This document shows, in pieces, positions 47,951-57,065 of a stretch of DNA of 64,000 nt; position 1 is the stretch's first letter; each line of letters begins with the position of its first letter. The notes beneath the pieces are model-generated. The model had not been told where the DNA came from and ran no database searches. It was given only the letters and a program-made list of their open reading frames with translations. The position numbers and the translations under genes are program-made. Source of the stretch: Terriglobia bacterium (GTDB taxonomy: Bacteria > Acidobacteriota > Terriglobia > 20CM-2-55-15); contig CBDCLE010000005.1 of NCBI GenBank assembly GCA_965218585.1, positions 128,001 through 192,000 on the forward strand, given 5' to 3'.

Positions 47951-48685
47951 TTAGTAGTCGACCCCTATCAGGTGAAGACCTTTTGCGGGAGCGGTAGGGC
48001 CAGATCTCTGCCGGTCTCTGGCCTCGAGGATGGCAGGGATCTCCTCGGGGTCCACTTGTCCCTTCCCGACTTTGATCAGGGTGCCGACGATCGTTCGGAC
48101 CATATGTTGCAGAAAACCGTTGGCCCGAATCCGGAAGATCCATTCGTCCCCGATCTGCTCCCAGAGCGCCTCATACACTTCGCGGGTGTGGGTCTTCTTG
48201 GTGGTTTCTGAAGACGAAAAGGACGTGAAGTCATGGCGTCCGACAAAGTGTGTCGTTGCACGGTCGATTTTCTCGGCGTCGAGATATTGCCAGATCGAAT
48301 GCACATAGCGGACATGGAAGGGGGAAACTACGGTCGATCTCCATATGTGGTACTCGTAGGTCTTCGAGCGTGCCGAACCCCGAGCGTGGAAATCCGCAGA
48401 GACTTCTTCGACCGCAGTCACCCGAATGTCGGGTGGCAGCAAAGCGTTCACTCCGCGATGGAATGCATCGGTGTCTATGGCCCTTTCGGTCTCAAGATGG
48501 GCGACCTGCCCGTGCGCGTGGACACCAGCGTCTGTGCGACCCGAGGCATAGGTCGTGATTTCGTGGTCCAGAATCCCTTCAAGAGCTCGTTCCAGTTTTT
48601 CCTGAATCGTTGGGACACCGGGCTGGGACTGCCATCCGTGATACCAGGTGCCATCGTAGGCAAGAGTTAACTTGAGCTTTCGCAT
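47951..48685 (-). CDS. truA: tRNA pseudouridine(38-40) synthase
   Basis: YDGT.Y.GWQ, SGRTDAGVHA, FL.HMVR..VG, TAPA.GL. Confidence 0.96.
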   Translation of the reverse strand: MRKLKLTLAYDGTWYHGWQSQPGVPTIQEKLERALEGILDHEITTYASGRTDAGVHAHGQVAHLETERAIDTDAFHRGVNALLPPDIRVTAVEEVSADFHARGSARSKTYEYHIWRSTVVSPFHVRYVHSIWQYLDAEKIDRATTHFVGRHDFTSFSSSETTKKTHTREVYEALWEQIGDEWIFRIRANGFLQHMVRTIVGTLIKVGKGQVDPEEIPAILEARDRQRSGPTAPAKGLHLIGVDY

Positions 48686-48792
48686 GGGCGGGGGCCTGCC
48701 AGAGGCGACGCACTATACCATAAGTCCCGAGAGCGATTTCCGAAGGGTCCACCTGCTATAGAGAGGCTCGGCTTGTTCTGTATACTGCGTGA

Positions 48793-49629
48793 GTGGAACT
48801 GGTCATTGCACTTCTGTTTGGACTCTGCATAGGGAGTTTTCTGAACGTGTGCATTGCACGCCTGCCACTGGATATTTCCATCGTCAGCCCGCGTTCCCGA
48901 TGCCCGAAATGTGAAAGACTGATCGCCTGGTACGACAACATCCCGCTGTTGAGTTACGCGTTGCTCGGGGGGAGGTGCCGGAAATGCCGCACTTCGATCT
49001 CGCTCCGATACCCCGGTGTTGAAGGTCTGACTGGGATCATCAGTGTCCTGCTTGTTCCGCAGTATGGGATTAGCCCTTCGTGGGCCGTCTACCTTCTGTT
49101 TTCCGCATCGATGATCGTTCTCGTCTTGATCGACCTGGACCACCGCATTCTTCCCGACGTCATAACGCTCAATGGTATTTGGATTGGAATACTGCTAATG
49201 CTCTATTTGGCCTCTCCCAATCCGTTTGCAGCAAGGCTGTATACCTTCGCGGGCCTGGGAGTATCGAATCCATACCTTCTTGCCTTCACTGGCAGTCTGG
49301 CTGGCGTGGCGTTTGGCGGCGGACTGCTCTGGTTTGTCAGGGAGGCCTTCTTTCGCCTCCGTGGAGTCGAGGGAATGGGTTTCGGTGACGTCAAGATGAT
49401 GGCTATGGTGGGGGCTTTCCTCGGTTTACCGCTCACGCTGCTGACGATTCTGCTGGGTTCGGTCCTCGGCTCCGTCATCGGAATTGTCGTCATCAAGGTC
49501 TTTGGAAAGGGGCGAGACTACGAACTTCCCTTCGGAACTTTCCTGGGTGGAGGAGCCATCGTTGCACTGCTCTATGGCGACTGGCTTATCCGACTGTATC
49601 TGGAGAACTTCTTTCCTGTTGCACCTTAG
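48793..49629 (+). CDS. pilD: Prepilin peptidase/N-methyltransferase (A24)
   Basis: GSFLNV...RLP, RS.CP.C, C..C, ID.D...LP, GMGFGDVK, PFGTFL. Confidence 0.93.
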   Translation: MELVIALLFGLCIGSFLNVCIARLPLDISIVSPRSRCPKCERLIAWYDNIPLLSYALLGGRCRKCRTSISLRYPGVEGLTGIISVLLVPQYGISPSWAVYLLFSASMIVLVLIDLDHRILPDVITLNGIWIGILLMLYLASPNPFAARLYTFAGLGVSNPYLLAFTGSLAGVAFGGGLLWFVREAFFRLRGVEGMGFGDVKMMAMVGAFLGLPLTLLTILLGSVLGSVIGIVVIKVFGKGRDYELPFGTFLGGGAIVALLYGDWLIRLYLENFFPVAP

Positions 49630-49692
49630 TGGCCCGTCCCCACAATGGCGCGATTGATCCCGAACATGGCGAAGAATCAGGTCCCAGCCTTT

Positions 49693-50415
49693 CTATGCGG
49701 GTTTCTCACCCCAATGTAAGGCGGCGATACCTCCCGTAAGATTTCTATATCGGACGTTCTTGAAACCGATCGTCTCAACGATCCGTGCGAGGTCGGGCTG
49801 ATCGGGAAAGCGCCCTACGGATTCGGGTAGATACTGGTAGGGGCCCTCACTGCCTGAAATCCAGGTGCCAAGGCGCGGGAGGACATGACGGAAATAGAAG
49901 GCGAAGACCGATCGAAAGATCGGCACCACGGGCTGGGAGAATTCCAGGATGATCAGGCTTCCGCCGGGTTCGAGGACGCGGAACATTTCGGTCAATCCAG
50001 ACTCGATGATCTCAACGTTACGCAGGCCGAAGGCTACGGTCACAAAACGAAACGACTGATCCCGAAACGGGAGGGCGAGGGCATCCGCACCGGTCAATGC
50101 TGTTCGTGATTCATGCCCGCTCTTTTTCAGTTTCTCCTGTGCGTGGAGCAGCATGGGATGTGAGAAGTCGGCTCCCACGACTTCAATGCCTAGTCGCTTT
50201 TGGATTTCCAGCAGCAAATCCCCAGTACCGGTGCAGAGATCGAGGCATGCGCCAGTCGGAGTGGGTTGGATCGATTCGATCAGCCGGACCGTATTCCGGC
50301 GCCACCGCCGGTCGATGGAAAGGGAGAGCAGGCGGTTGAGCAGGTCGTACCGATCGGCGATTTCGCCAAACATCTTCTGGACGGTGGGACCGGGGGGAGC
50401 CCGGTACACGTCCAT
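49693..50415 (-). CDS. menG: Demethylmenaquinone/ubiquinone methyltransferase (UbiE/MenG)
   Basis: MF..IA.RYD.LN, LDLCTGTGD, FGLRNV, Y.YLPES. Confidence 0.88.
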   Translation of the reverse strand: MDVYRAPPGPTVQKMFGEIADRYDLLNRLLSLSIDRRWRRNTVRLIESIQPTPTGACLDLCTGTGDLLLEIQKRLGIEVVGADFSHPMLLHAQEKLKKSGHESRTALTGADALALPFRDQSFRFVTVAFGLRNVEIIESGLTEMFRVLEPGGSLIILEFSQPVVPIFRSVFAFYFRHVLPRLGTWISGSEGPYQYLPESVGRFPDQPDLARIVETIGFKNVRYRNLTGGIAALHWGEKPA

Positions 50416-51476
50416 CAGGAGAGGCCCCGCAGAACTTTACGAACGAGCTTTGGAGGGACGCCCGCTTCCATTTCGACCTTTCCTATTCTATGAGGCAGCA
50501 CGAAGTGCAGTTGCCCGTTCCGAATCTTCTTGTCGTGTTGCATCGACTGCATCATTTCCTTCATGGGAAGGTGCGCGATCGAAGGCAGGCTTCCGATCGA
50601 GCGGATTCCATCTTCAATCCTGGCCGCCTCTTCCTCGCCGATCCGGCCCAGTCCTTCGGCGATCCGCGTAGCTCCGATCATGCCTTGGCCGACAGCTTCC
50701 CCGTGCATGATCCTGCGGTAGTTTGATGCGGCTTCGATCGCATGGCCGAGCGTGTGGCCGAAGTTCAGAATACGGCGCAGGCCACCTTCCTTTTCGTCTG
50801 CGCGTACGACGTTGGCTTTGATCCGAAGACACCTGTAGACGAGGTCCTCCAGAACCGACGGGTCCCTGCCAAGAATTTCCGGAGAGTGCTTTTCAAATTG
50901 CTGGAAGAGTTTCCTGTCCCGAATGACGCCGTACTTCAGAGCTTCCCAGAGTCCGCTTCGATACACGCGCTGTGGGAGTGAGGAAAGCAGAGTTGGATCG
51001 GCAATGACCACCCTGGGTTGATGAAATGTTCCAATGAGGTTCTTGCCTGCCGGATGGTTGACGCCGGTCTTTCCTCCGACGCTGGAATCCACCTGAGCCA
51101 GTAGGGTTGTCGGGACCTGCACGACGCGTATGCCGCGCAGATAGATGGAAGCCGCAAAGCCGGCAACGTCGCCCACAACGCCGCCTCCAAGTGCGATGAG
51201 GGTCGACCCCCTGGTCAGCCGCAGTTCCAGCATCCGATCAAGGATCCGGCTCACCGTTCGAAGCGTCTTGGCGCGTTCCCCTTCTGCGATCGTGACAATC
51301 GGACTTCGACCCAACGGCTGTTTTTCGACGTGGCGAAGCACTTTTTCCTGGGAGACCACTAGATACGGAGGGCCGATGCCCACGTTGTCGAGGTGGGTCA
51401 TCAGGTCCATATACGCGCCGGCACTTACCAGAATGTCAGACCGGGACGTCTTCAGCTTTAGATGGATATTCTTCAT
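50415..51476 (-). CDS. aroB: 3-dehydroquinate synthase
   Basis: GE..K, GGGVVGD..GF, PTTLLAQVDSSVGGK, LNFGHT.GHA.E, HGEAV, DKK. Confidence 0.96.
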   Translation of the reverse strand: MKNIHLKLKTSRSDILVSAGAYMDLMTHLDNVGIGPPYLVVSQEKVLRHVEKQPLGRSPIVTIAEGERAKTLRTVSRILDRMLELRLTRGSTLIALGGGVVGDVAGFAASIYLRGIRVVQVPTTLLAQVDSSVGGKTGVNHPAGKNLIGTFHQPRVVIADPTLLSSLPQRVYRSGLWEALKYGVIRDRKLFQQFEKHSPEILGRDPSVLEDLVYRCLRIKANVVRADEKEGGLRRILNFGHTLGHAIEAASNYRRIMHGEAVGQGMIGATRIAEGLGRIGEEEAARIEDGIRSIGSLPSIAHLPMKEMMQSMQHDKKIRNGQLHFVLPHRIGKVEMEAGVPPKLVRKVLRGLS

Positions 51477-51486
51477 TCCACAAACG

Positions 51487-51514
51487 AAACGGGCGGCCAG
51501 TGGGCCGCCCGTTT
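51487..51514 (-). terminator. Intrinsic terminator-like hairpin after ctpA
   Basis: AAACGGGCGGCC-AGTG-GGCCGCCCGTTT, followed by TTTCGTTTG on the minus strand. Confidence 0.6.
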
Positions 51515-51546
51515 ATGGATCCAGATAAGCTCTGGGGACTTGTTGA

Positions 51547-53139
51547 CTACCGTCGTTGGGCCATCGCGCTGCGCGCTCTCGCGGCCAGGTCTCTCGCTTC
51601 GGGCATCAGTTCGAGAGCCGCCAGTACCTGTTGATCCCCGCTGAGAAGAAACCGAGTGGCGTCCGACACCCCAAGACGGCTATAGAAGACTTCGTATTTG
51701 ATCTTCAGCTCTACGTAGTCCCTGTTTTCCGCAACAGCCGATTCACTGACCTCGATGCCTCTTTCCCTGACGTGTGCGATGAAATCGGCGAGCATCTCGT
51801 CGGTGACCTCAAACGACGCATCGACCGGAGGATTGTCCTCCAGGTAATCCTGGACATACGTGTAAAAAACGAACCGCTTGTCCATAAGATCCTGGACCTC
51901 GTTCAACTCACCCATTTCGGCGATCTGATCGGGAGTGATGCCGCCACCGCCATAGACAACCCGTCCCAGATCCGAATACTTGATGTCCTCGTCGGAAGGC
52001 GCTCGTTCGTCGCTGATCTGGTTGTAATATTCGAATTCAGAAATTTCCGAATAGTCCCGCTGAATCAGCCGACCGCTTGGCGTATACCATTTCTGCGTCG
52101 TGAGTGCGAGTCCGGCCCGCTTGTTCAACGGAAAGACGGACTGGACCAGACCCTTGCCAAAACTGGTTTCGCCCACGATGAGACCTCTGTCGTGGTCTTG
52201 AATGGCGCCGGCGACGATTTCAGAGGCGCTGGCGCTCTGTCGGTTGATCAAAACCACGAGCGGGTAAAGGTTCTCGTTGTTCACACGCTGCGAGGAATAC
52301 GGGCGATTAGATCCACGCGTCCGGCCACGAGTCTCAACGATCATCTGATCCTTCTGGAGAAACGTTTCAGAGACGTCAATTGCCTGCTGCAGAAGTCCGC
52401 CTGGATTGCCGCGCAGATCTAGAACGAGCCCCTCCAGATTACCGGAGTCGAGGTCTCTGAGAGCCGCCCGGAGCTCACTTCCCGTGGTCTCCGCAAAACT
52501 ATCCAGTTTGATGTAGCCGATACCGTCCCGAATGTGGAACGCGCTGCTGATCGTAAACTTGGCGATTTCGTCGCGGACGATAGAGATCTCCAAGGGCTCT
52601 TCCACGCCCGGGCGGGCGATGGTCACATCAACAGGCGTACCCTTGGGGCCCTTGAGTTTACCGACCACGGCATTGAGATCGTCTCCTTCGGTGGATTCGC
52701 CATTCACGTGACTGATGACATCGCCAACACGAAGACCCACCTTTTCAGCCGGTGCGCCTGGGGACGGGGGGGAGACAACGGTGACCTTTCCGAAACGACT
52801 GCTCACCGTGATGCCGAGACCGAAATAGCGTCCCTGCTGATCTTGCCGAAGCTGCGTGAAATCTGAAGGAGAGAAAAACTTCGAATGCGGGTCCAGTGTC
52901 CGGAGCATGCCGTCAATCGCTCCGTAAACAGCCGTTTCCGGGCTCACTTCCGTGGCGTGGTTTTCTTCAACCAGGCTGAGCAACGCGGTAAAAATCTTCA
53001 GGGCGTCTTCGAGGTCGGCCTCGACTTCCTCAGCCCGGGCCCTCGCCTCTACCTGTGTGCCGTACAGGCCTCCAAAAAGCGCCGTCGCCGTTAGAATAGC
53101 TGTCCAGAAGAGTACTGCCCGAGACGGTCTTAGCTTCAT
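51547..53139 (-). CDS. ctpA: S41 carboxy-terminal processing protease
   Basis: LDPHS, PDZ domain, LDLRGNPGG, SASASEI, FGKG.VQ. Confidence 0.93.
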   Translation of the reverse strand: MKLRPSRAVLFWTAILTATALFGGLYGTQVEARARAEEVEADLEDALKIFTALLSLVEENHATEVSPETAVYGAIDGMLRTLDPHSKFFSPSDFTQLRQDQQGRYFGLGITVSSRFGKVTVVSPPSPGAPAEKVGLRVGDVISHVNGESTEGDDLNAVVGKLKGPKGTPVDVTIARPGVEEPLEISIVRDEIAKFTISSAFHIRDGIGYIKLDSFAETTGSELRAALRDLDSGNLEGLVLDLRGNPGGLLQQAIDVSETFLQKDQMIVETRGRTRGSNRPYSSQRVNNENLYPLVVLINRQSASASEIVAGAIQDHDRGLIVGETSFGKGLVQSVFPLNKRAGLALTTQKWYTPSGRLIQRDYSEISEFEYYNQISDERAPSDEDIKYSDLGRVVYGGGGITPDQIAEMGELNEVQDLMDKRFVFYTYVQDYLEDNPPVDASFEVTDEMLADFIAHVRERGIEVSESAVAENRDYVELKIKYEVFYSRLGVSDATRFLLSGDQQVLAALELMPEARDLAARARSAMAQRR

Positions 53140-53264
53140 TTGAGCTCCTTCACGAAACGATTGTTGCGATTATAACAAAAGGTCTTGAGGAAATTCGAGG
53201 AACAAAACCTTTATTTTGTATGAATCACGGGCGAAAGCCCTCCTTCTGGCAGAGGAACTTTGCG

Positions 53265-53294
53265 TTGACGCAATTTCACCGCAGCCGCTATCAT
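53265..53294 (+). promoter_or_regulatory. Sigma70-type promoter for tatA-tatC
   Basis: TTGACG-18nt-TATCAT; GGAGG RBS downstream; divergent TGtTATAAT for ctpA near 53169-53177. Confidence 0.55.
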
Positions 53295-53326
53295 GAATTG
53301 ATCTGACGATTGGAGGAACCTTATCA

Positions 53327-53686
53327 ATGGGCCAACTGGGTTTTCAGGAGCTACTGGTAATCTTCATCATCGCACTCCTGGTTTTCGGACCAAAGAAGTT
53401 ACCTGAGCTTGGAAAATCCCTCGGTAAAGGGCTCCGGGAATTCAAACGTGCCACCAACGACTTGAAGTCGACCTGGGACGACCAGCTGAAAGACGCCGAA
53501 AGCGAGATCTCCAGTACAACGAAGGATTTTCGCGATATCCAGAAGGACCTCAACAAGACCATGCGAGAGGCAAACCAGGCTGATCCTCCCGCGCCTTCTT
53601 CGCCAGAAAGTCCCGAATCGGTTTCCGAACCCGAGGCTCCCCCGGAAACTACCCCCCCCGAGACGCCCTCCCAGAAGCCTTCATAG
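53327..53686 (+). CDS. tatA: Twin-arginine translocase TatA/TatB subunit
   Basis: ELL.I..IALLVFGPKKLPE.G..LG...REFK; Pro/Glu-rich tail. Confidence 0.88.
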   Translation: MGQLGFQELLVIFIIALLVFGPKKLPELGKSLGKGLREFKRATNDLKSTWDDQLKDAESEISSTTKDFRDIQKDLNKTMREANQADPPAPSSPESPESVSEPEAPPETTPPETPSQKPS

Positions 53687-54445
53687 ATGGCCGTTACGCC
53701 GCCAGTAGAATCCAAGGCAGCCGAACTTACCGGGGAAATGTCGTTCCTCGACCACCTCGAGGAACTGCGTCAGCGCATCTTTCGAATGTTGATTGCTATC
53801 GCAGTCACTTTCCTAGCGTGCTGGGCCTTTGTCGATGAGATTTACAAAATCATCGCGAGACCGATCCTCGAAGCACTCCAGGACCAGCCGCTCGTATTCA
53901 TCAGCCCGACACAACCGTTCAGTCTCTTCATACGAGTGGCCTTTGTCGCAGCTCTTTTTTTGGCGTCGCCATTCATTCTCGCGCAACTCTGGCTTTTCAT
54001 TGCGCCGGGTATGTACAAGCATGAACGGCGGTACGCGATTCCCTTCGTTTTGTCCGGAAGTGTCCTGGCCATGGTAGGTGCCCTGTTTGGTTACGAAATC
54101 GCCTTTCCGTTTGCGCTGGATTTTCTGATCAACTGGGGCAAACGCGCCGGTCTGGAAGCGATGATCGACGCGACCCGATACTTCGATCTCTTTCTCACTA
54201 TTGAGCTTGGCCTGGCCGTCGTCTTTCAGATACCCCCTGTTATTTTTGTTCTGAGCCGCGTCGGATTGGTGTCTGCTGGTTTCCTGCTGCGGAACACGAA
54301 GTACGCCGTCCTGATCGCCTTCGTCGTTGCGGCGATCATCACGCCGACGGCCGACATCCCAAACATGATGATCATGGCGGGTCCGATGATCCTGCTCTAT
54401 CTTGTCGGAGTCGGTGTCGCTTTCGTCTTCGGCAAACGACGGTAG
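53687..54445 (+). CDS. tatC: Twin-arginine translocase TatC
   Basis: MSFLDHLEELR, Q.W.FIAPG.Y..ER, FQIP, AAIITP..D. Confidence 0.96.
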   Translation: MAVTPPVESKAAELTGEMSFLDHLEELRQRIFRMLIAIAVTFLACWAFVDEIYKIIARPILEALQDQPLVFISPTQPFSLFIRVAFVAALFLASPFILAQLWLFIAPGMYKHERRYAIPFVLSGSVLAMVGALFGYEIAFPFALDFLINWGKRAGLEAMIDATRYFDLFLTIELGLAVVFQIPPVIFVLSRVGLVSAGFLLRNTKYAVLIAFVVAAIITPTADIPNMMIMAGPMILLYLVGVGVAFVFGKRR

Positions 54446-54447
54446 AA

Positions 54448-54505
54448 ATTTAATTAGGGGACAGTGAGCAAATTCCGGAATTTGCTCACTGTCCCCTAAT
54501 TAAAT
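54448..54505. repeat. Type C repeat as a perfect 58-bp palindrome
   Basis: ATTTAATTAGGGGACAGTGAGCAAATTCC|GGAATTTGCTCACTGTCCCCTAATTAAAT. Confidence 0.95.
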
Positions 54506-55409
54506 ACCCGTCGATATCCGGAAGGGCGTGATACAGGACATCTCCAATAACTTTCAGGCTGTCTCGGCTCGTCTTGTCGAGCGTATCACCCGGCGAATGC
54601 CAGTAAGGGTAGGAGAAGTCGATCAGATCGATCGCATCGATTCCCGCGTTCAGGTAGGGGACGTGATCGTCTTCGATGAGAGAAGACGTGCTTCCAAAGT
54701 ACTCGCCGTATCCCAGGACGTTGGCCCTATTCCAGATGATTGCCTTTAGCCAGTCGGTCGAAGCCCCCTCCGGAATCACTGACAGATCGGCATCGCCGAT
54801 CATATCGACCAATACGAGGGCTTTCAGATCCCGGAGTGATCCGTCTTCGAAGCGGCGGGCGATGTCGTGCCGACTTCCGTACACGCTGTCAGTCGCCGTC
54901 CAGTCGAGGACGGCTTCTTCACCATCGAAGAATATGAATTCGAGATCGTTCTGAAGTTCCATCCGAGAGGTGATACGCGCCATTTCAAGGACCAATGCGG
55001 TACTGGACCCCCCGTCGTTTGCCCCGACAAAGCTGAAATCAAAGCGTTTCGTGTCGTAGTGACCCGCAACGGCAATCGATCCTTCCCCGCTCGTCCCGGG
55101 ACGGATCGCGCGGATGTTGGCCATTTCTATCTCGCCGATAGGTGTGCGGGCGACGAAGGTATCCAATTGGGGTTCGAGTCCGGCAGCTTCCAGTTCCGAG
55201 ACGATATAGTCCCGGGTCATCGCCAGGTTGTCGCTTCCCGACGGGCGTGCTCCGAAGCCGACCACCGTTTCGAGGTCATTGAAAGAGCGGGTTGCATCGA
55301 ACGGGGAGTCGGCTGAAGTGCCCGTCCCCGGACCCTGCAGTCCCAGCGTCAGAGCGACGACCATTACGGGTGCGCCAAATCCCAACAGCATTCTCGTGTT
55401 TTTAGACAT
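54486..55409 (-). CDS. M28-family zinc enzyme, glutaminyl-peptide cyclotransferase-like
   Basis: AGHYDTK, GANDG, FFDGEE, VDMIGD, IEDDHVPY, YWHS..DT match animal/Bacteroidetes-type QC motifs; N-terminal export/anchor segment. Confidence 0.75.
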   Translation of the reverse strand: MSKNTRMLLGFGAPVMVVALTLGLQGPGTGTSADSPFDATRSFNDLETVVGFGARPSGSDNLAMTRDYIVSELEAAGLEPQLDTFVARTPIGEIEMANIRAIRPGTSGEGSIAVAGHYDTKRFDFSFVGANDGGSSTALVLEMARITSRMELQNDLEFIFFDGEEAVLDWTATDSVYGSRHDIARRFEDGSLRDLKALVLVDMIGDADLSVIPEGASTDWLKAIIWNRANVLGYGEYFGSTSSLIEDDHVPYLNAGIDAIDLIDFSYPYWHSPGDTLDKTSRDSLKVIGDVLYHALPDIDGYLIRGQ

Positions 55410-55518
55410 CGACTCTTTTAGTAGTGAAACACGATAACGCTTTTGTACCGGGATGTCATGGGACTAAGATTAAGGCAGAATTAAAGGAAGCCATTAAACA
55501 AACATTGCGAGGTGCAAC

Positions 55519-55866
55519 ATGGCCTGGACCAAAGCAGAGACGATCGGATTATTCATTACGGGCGCACTCCTGGGCGTCACTGCCGGTTTCCTGTACGCTC
55601 CCCAAAGTGGCGCCCGAACCCGAAAGCAGATTCGAAAAAAGGCACGCCGAAGCATAGAGCATCTGGACGAACTACAGGACGATATCCGTGCCCAGGTCAA
55701 CGGCTGGGTTACCGACGTGACCGAAACCCTCGACGAGGGACTCCATCAGGGCCGCCGGATCACGCTGGCCGGACAGGAAAAGGTCCTGGGTGTCTTCGAC
55801 GATGCGAAGCAGTATGTTGACGAAGGCCGATCCCGGATAGAACGACTGATCAGCCATGAAGATTGA
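55519..55866 (+). CDS. YtxH domain-containing protein
   Basis: F..GA.LG..AG.LYAP.SG..TR. Confidence 0.88.
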   Translation: MAWTKAETIGLFITGALLGVTAGFLYAPQSGARTRKQIRKKARRSIEHLDELQDDIRAQVNGWVTDVTETLDEGLHQGRRITLAGQEKVLGVFDDAKQYVDEGRSRIERLISHED

Positions 55867-55893
55867 GGTCGTAGAACCTCGAAGGGATGAGAG

Positions 55894-55966
55894 TGGACGG
55901 TAAGGGGATCGAACCCTCGACCTCGGCGTTGCGAACGCCGCGCTCTCCCAACTGAGCTAACCGCCC
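55894..55966 (-). tRNA. tRNA-Ala (anticodon CGC); CCA not encoded
   Basis: GGGCGGT..TAGCTCAGTTGGGAGAGC..CGGCG-TTCGCAA-CGCCG..GGTTCGATCC..ACCGTCCA cloverleaf with G3:U70. Confidence 0.96.
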
Positions 55967-56082
55967 GTTCCGGAAATCGGTTTCCGTAACCGATTTCCCT
56001 TCTCACTGAAAAATTAAAGCACCTGCATCAAGACCTGTCAATTTGAGCAGACCTCGGTTCACATTGTGCTACTCTGGGCCCG

Positions 56083-57051
56083 ATGGCGCTAACCCGTGAT
56101 CTATCAAGGTTTAAGCCGACCAAGGCTTGTTCCCTTCCCTCGCCTGCTCGAATCTCGTTGGCGTTTCTCGGGTCGATAACCTGTGTGCTTCTTTCTGCCG
56201 GACCCGGCCGGGCCCAGGAGTCCGAGTTCACCCTGAACGTCAACGTCGACCTTGTCGAGCTCAGCGTCACCGTACTCGATGAGAACGAGCGTCACGTCAC
56301 CGGACTCGAAGCCCTCAGCTTTGAAGTCTTTGAAGACTCTGTGCAGCAGGATATCTCCCTGTTCCTGCATGAGGACCGGCCCGTGAGTCTTGGACTTGTT
56401 ATCGACAACAGCCGAAGTATGGAGCGTAAGAAAGAACGCGTGGACGCTGCCGCCCTTTCGTTCGTGCGTTTGAGTAACCCCCAGGACGAAGCTTTCCTCA
56501 TCCATTTTGACGACACGGTCCGGCTGGAGGAGGATTTCACCTCCGACATCGAGGTTCTGGAACAGATTCTGGGCACGATCAGTCCATACGGCCAGACTTC
56601 CCTTTTTGATGCACTCATGATGTCACTGGAAAAAATCAAAGAAGGTCGATACGACGAGCAAGCGATTCTTCTTGTCAGCGATGGCGCCGACAATGCCAGC
56701 GTTGCAGTCTATGAGCAGGTATTAGAAAACGTGCGCCAGTCGGAGGCCGCCGTGTACCCGATCGGCGTCTTAAACGACTCCCAGGCGGGTCTGGAAGCAC
56801 GGTCGGCTCTCGAGGCCTTGGCTGAAGCCAGTGGAGGGCGTGCCTTTTTCCCCGAGACCGCCAATGAGATTCCACAGATTACCGAGATCATCGCACGCGA
56901 GTTGCGGGAACTCTATACGTTGGGGTACGTGCCCACGAACTCCCGCCGTGACGGCACATGGCGATCGGTCCGGGTTTATGTCCCGACGCCTCCGGAAACA
57001 CCTCGCTTTGAGATCAATTACAGACACGGCTATTACGCGCCGGGGCCGTAA
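56083..57051 (+). CDS. Secreted VWA domain protein (acidobacterial VWFA-related type)
   Basis: V.V.LV...VTV.D, F.VFED...Q.I, MIDAS D.S.S, T.LFDA, SDG.D, SGG..F, Y.LGY.P. Confidence 0.9.
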   Translation: MALTRDLSRFKPTKACSLPSPARISLAFLGSITCVLLSAGPGRAQESEFTLNVNVDLVELSVTVLDENERHVTGLEALSFEVFEDSVQQDISLFLHEDRPVSLGLVIDNSRSMERKKERVDAAALSFVRLSNPQDEAFLIHFDDTVRLEEDFTSDIEVLEQILGTISPYGQTSLFDALMMSLEKIKEGRYDEQAILLVSDGADNASVAVYEQVLENVRQSEAAVYPIGVLNDSQAGLEARSALEALAEASGGRAFFPETANEIPQITEIIARELRELYTLGYVPTNSRRDGTWRSVRVYVPTPPETPRFEINYRHGYYAPGP

Positions 57052-57065
57052 GGCTGATTCCTGTC

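Noticed and set aside
55894-55966. tRNA as an integration site for a prophage or genomic island
   Set aside because: No integrase and no duplicated tRNA 3' end seen in the window
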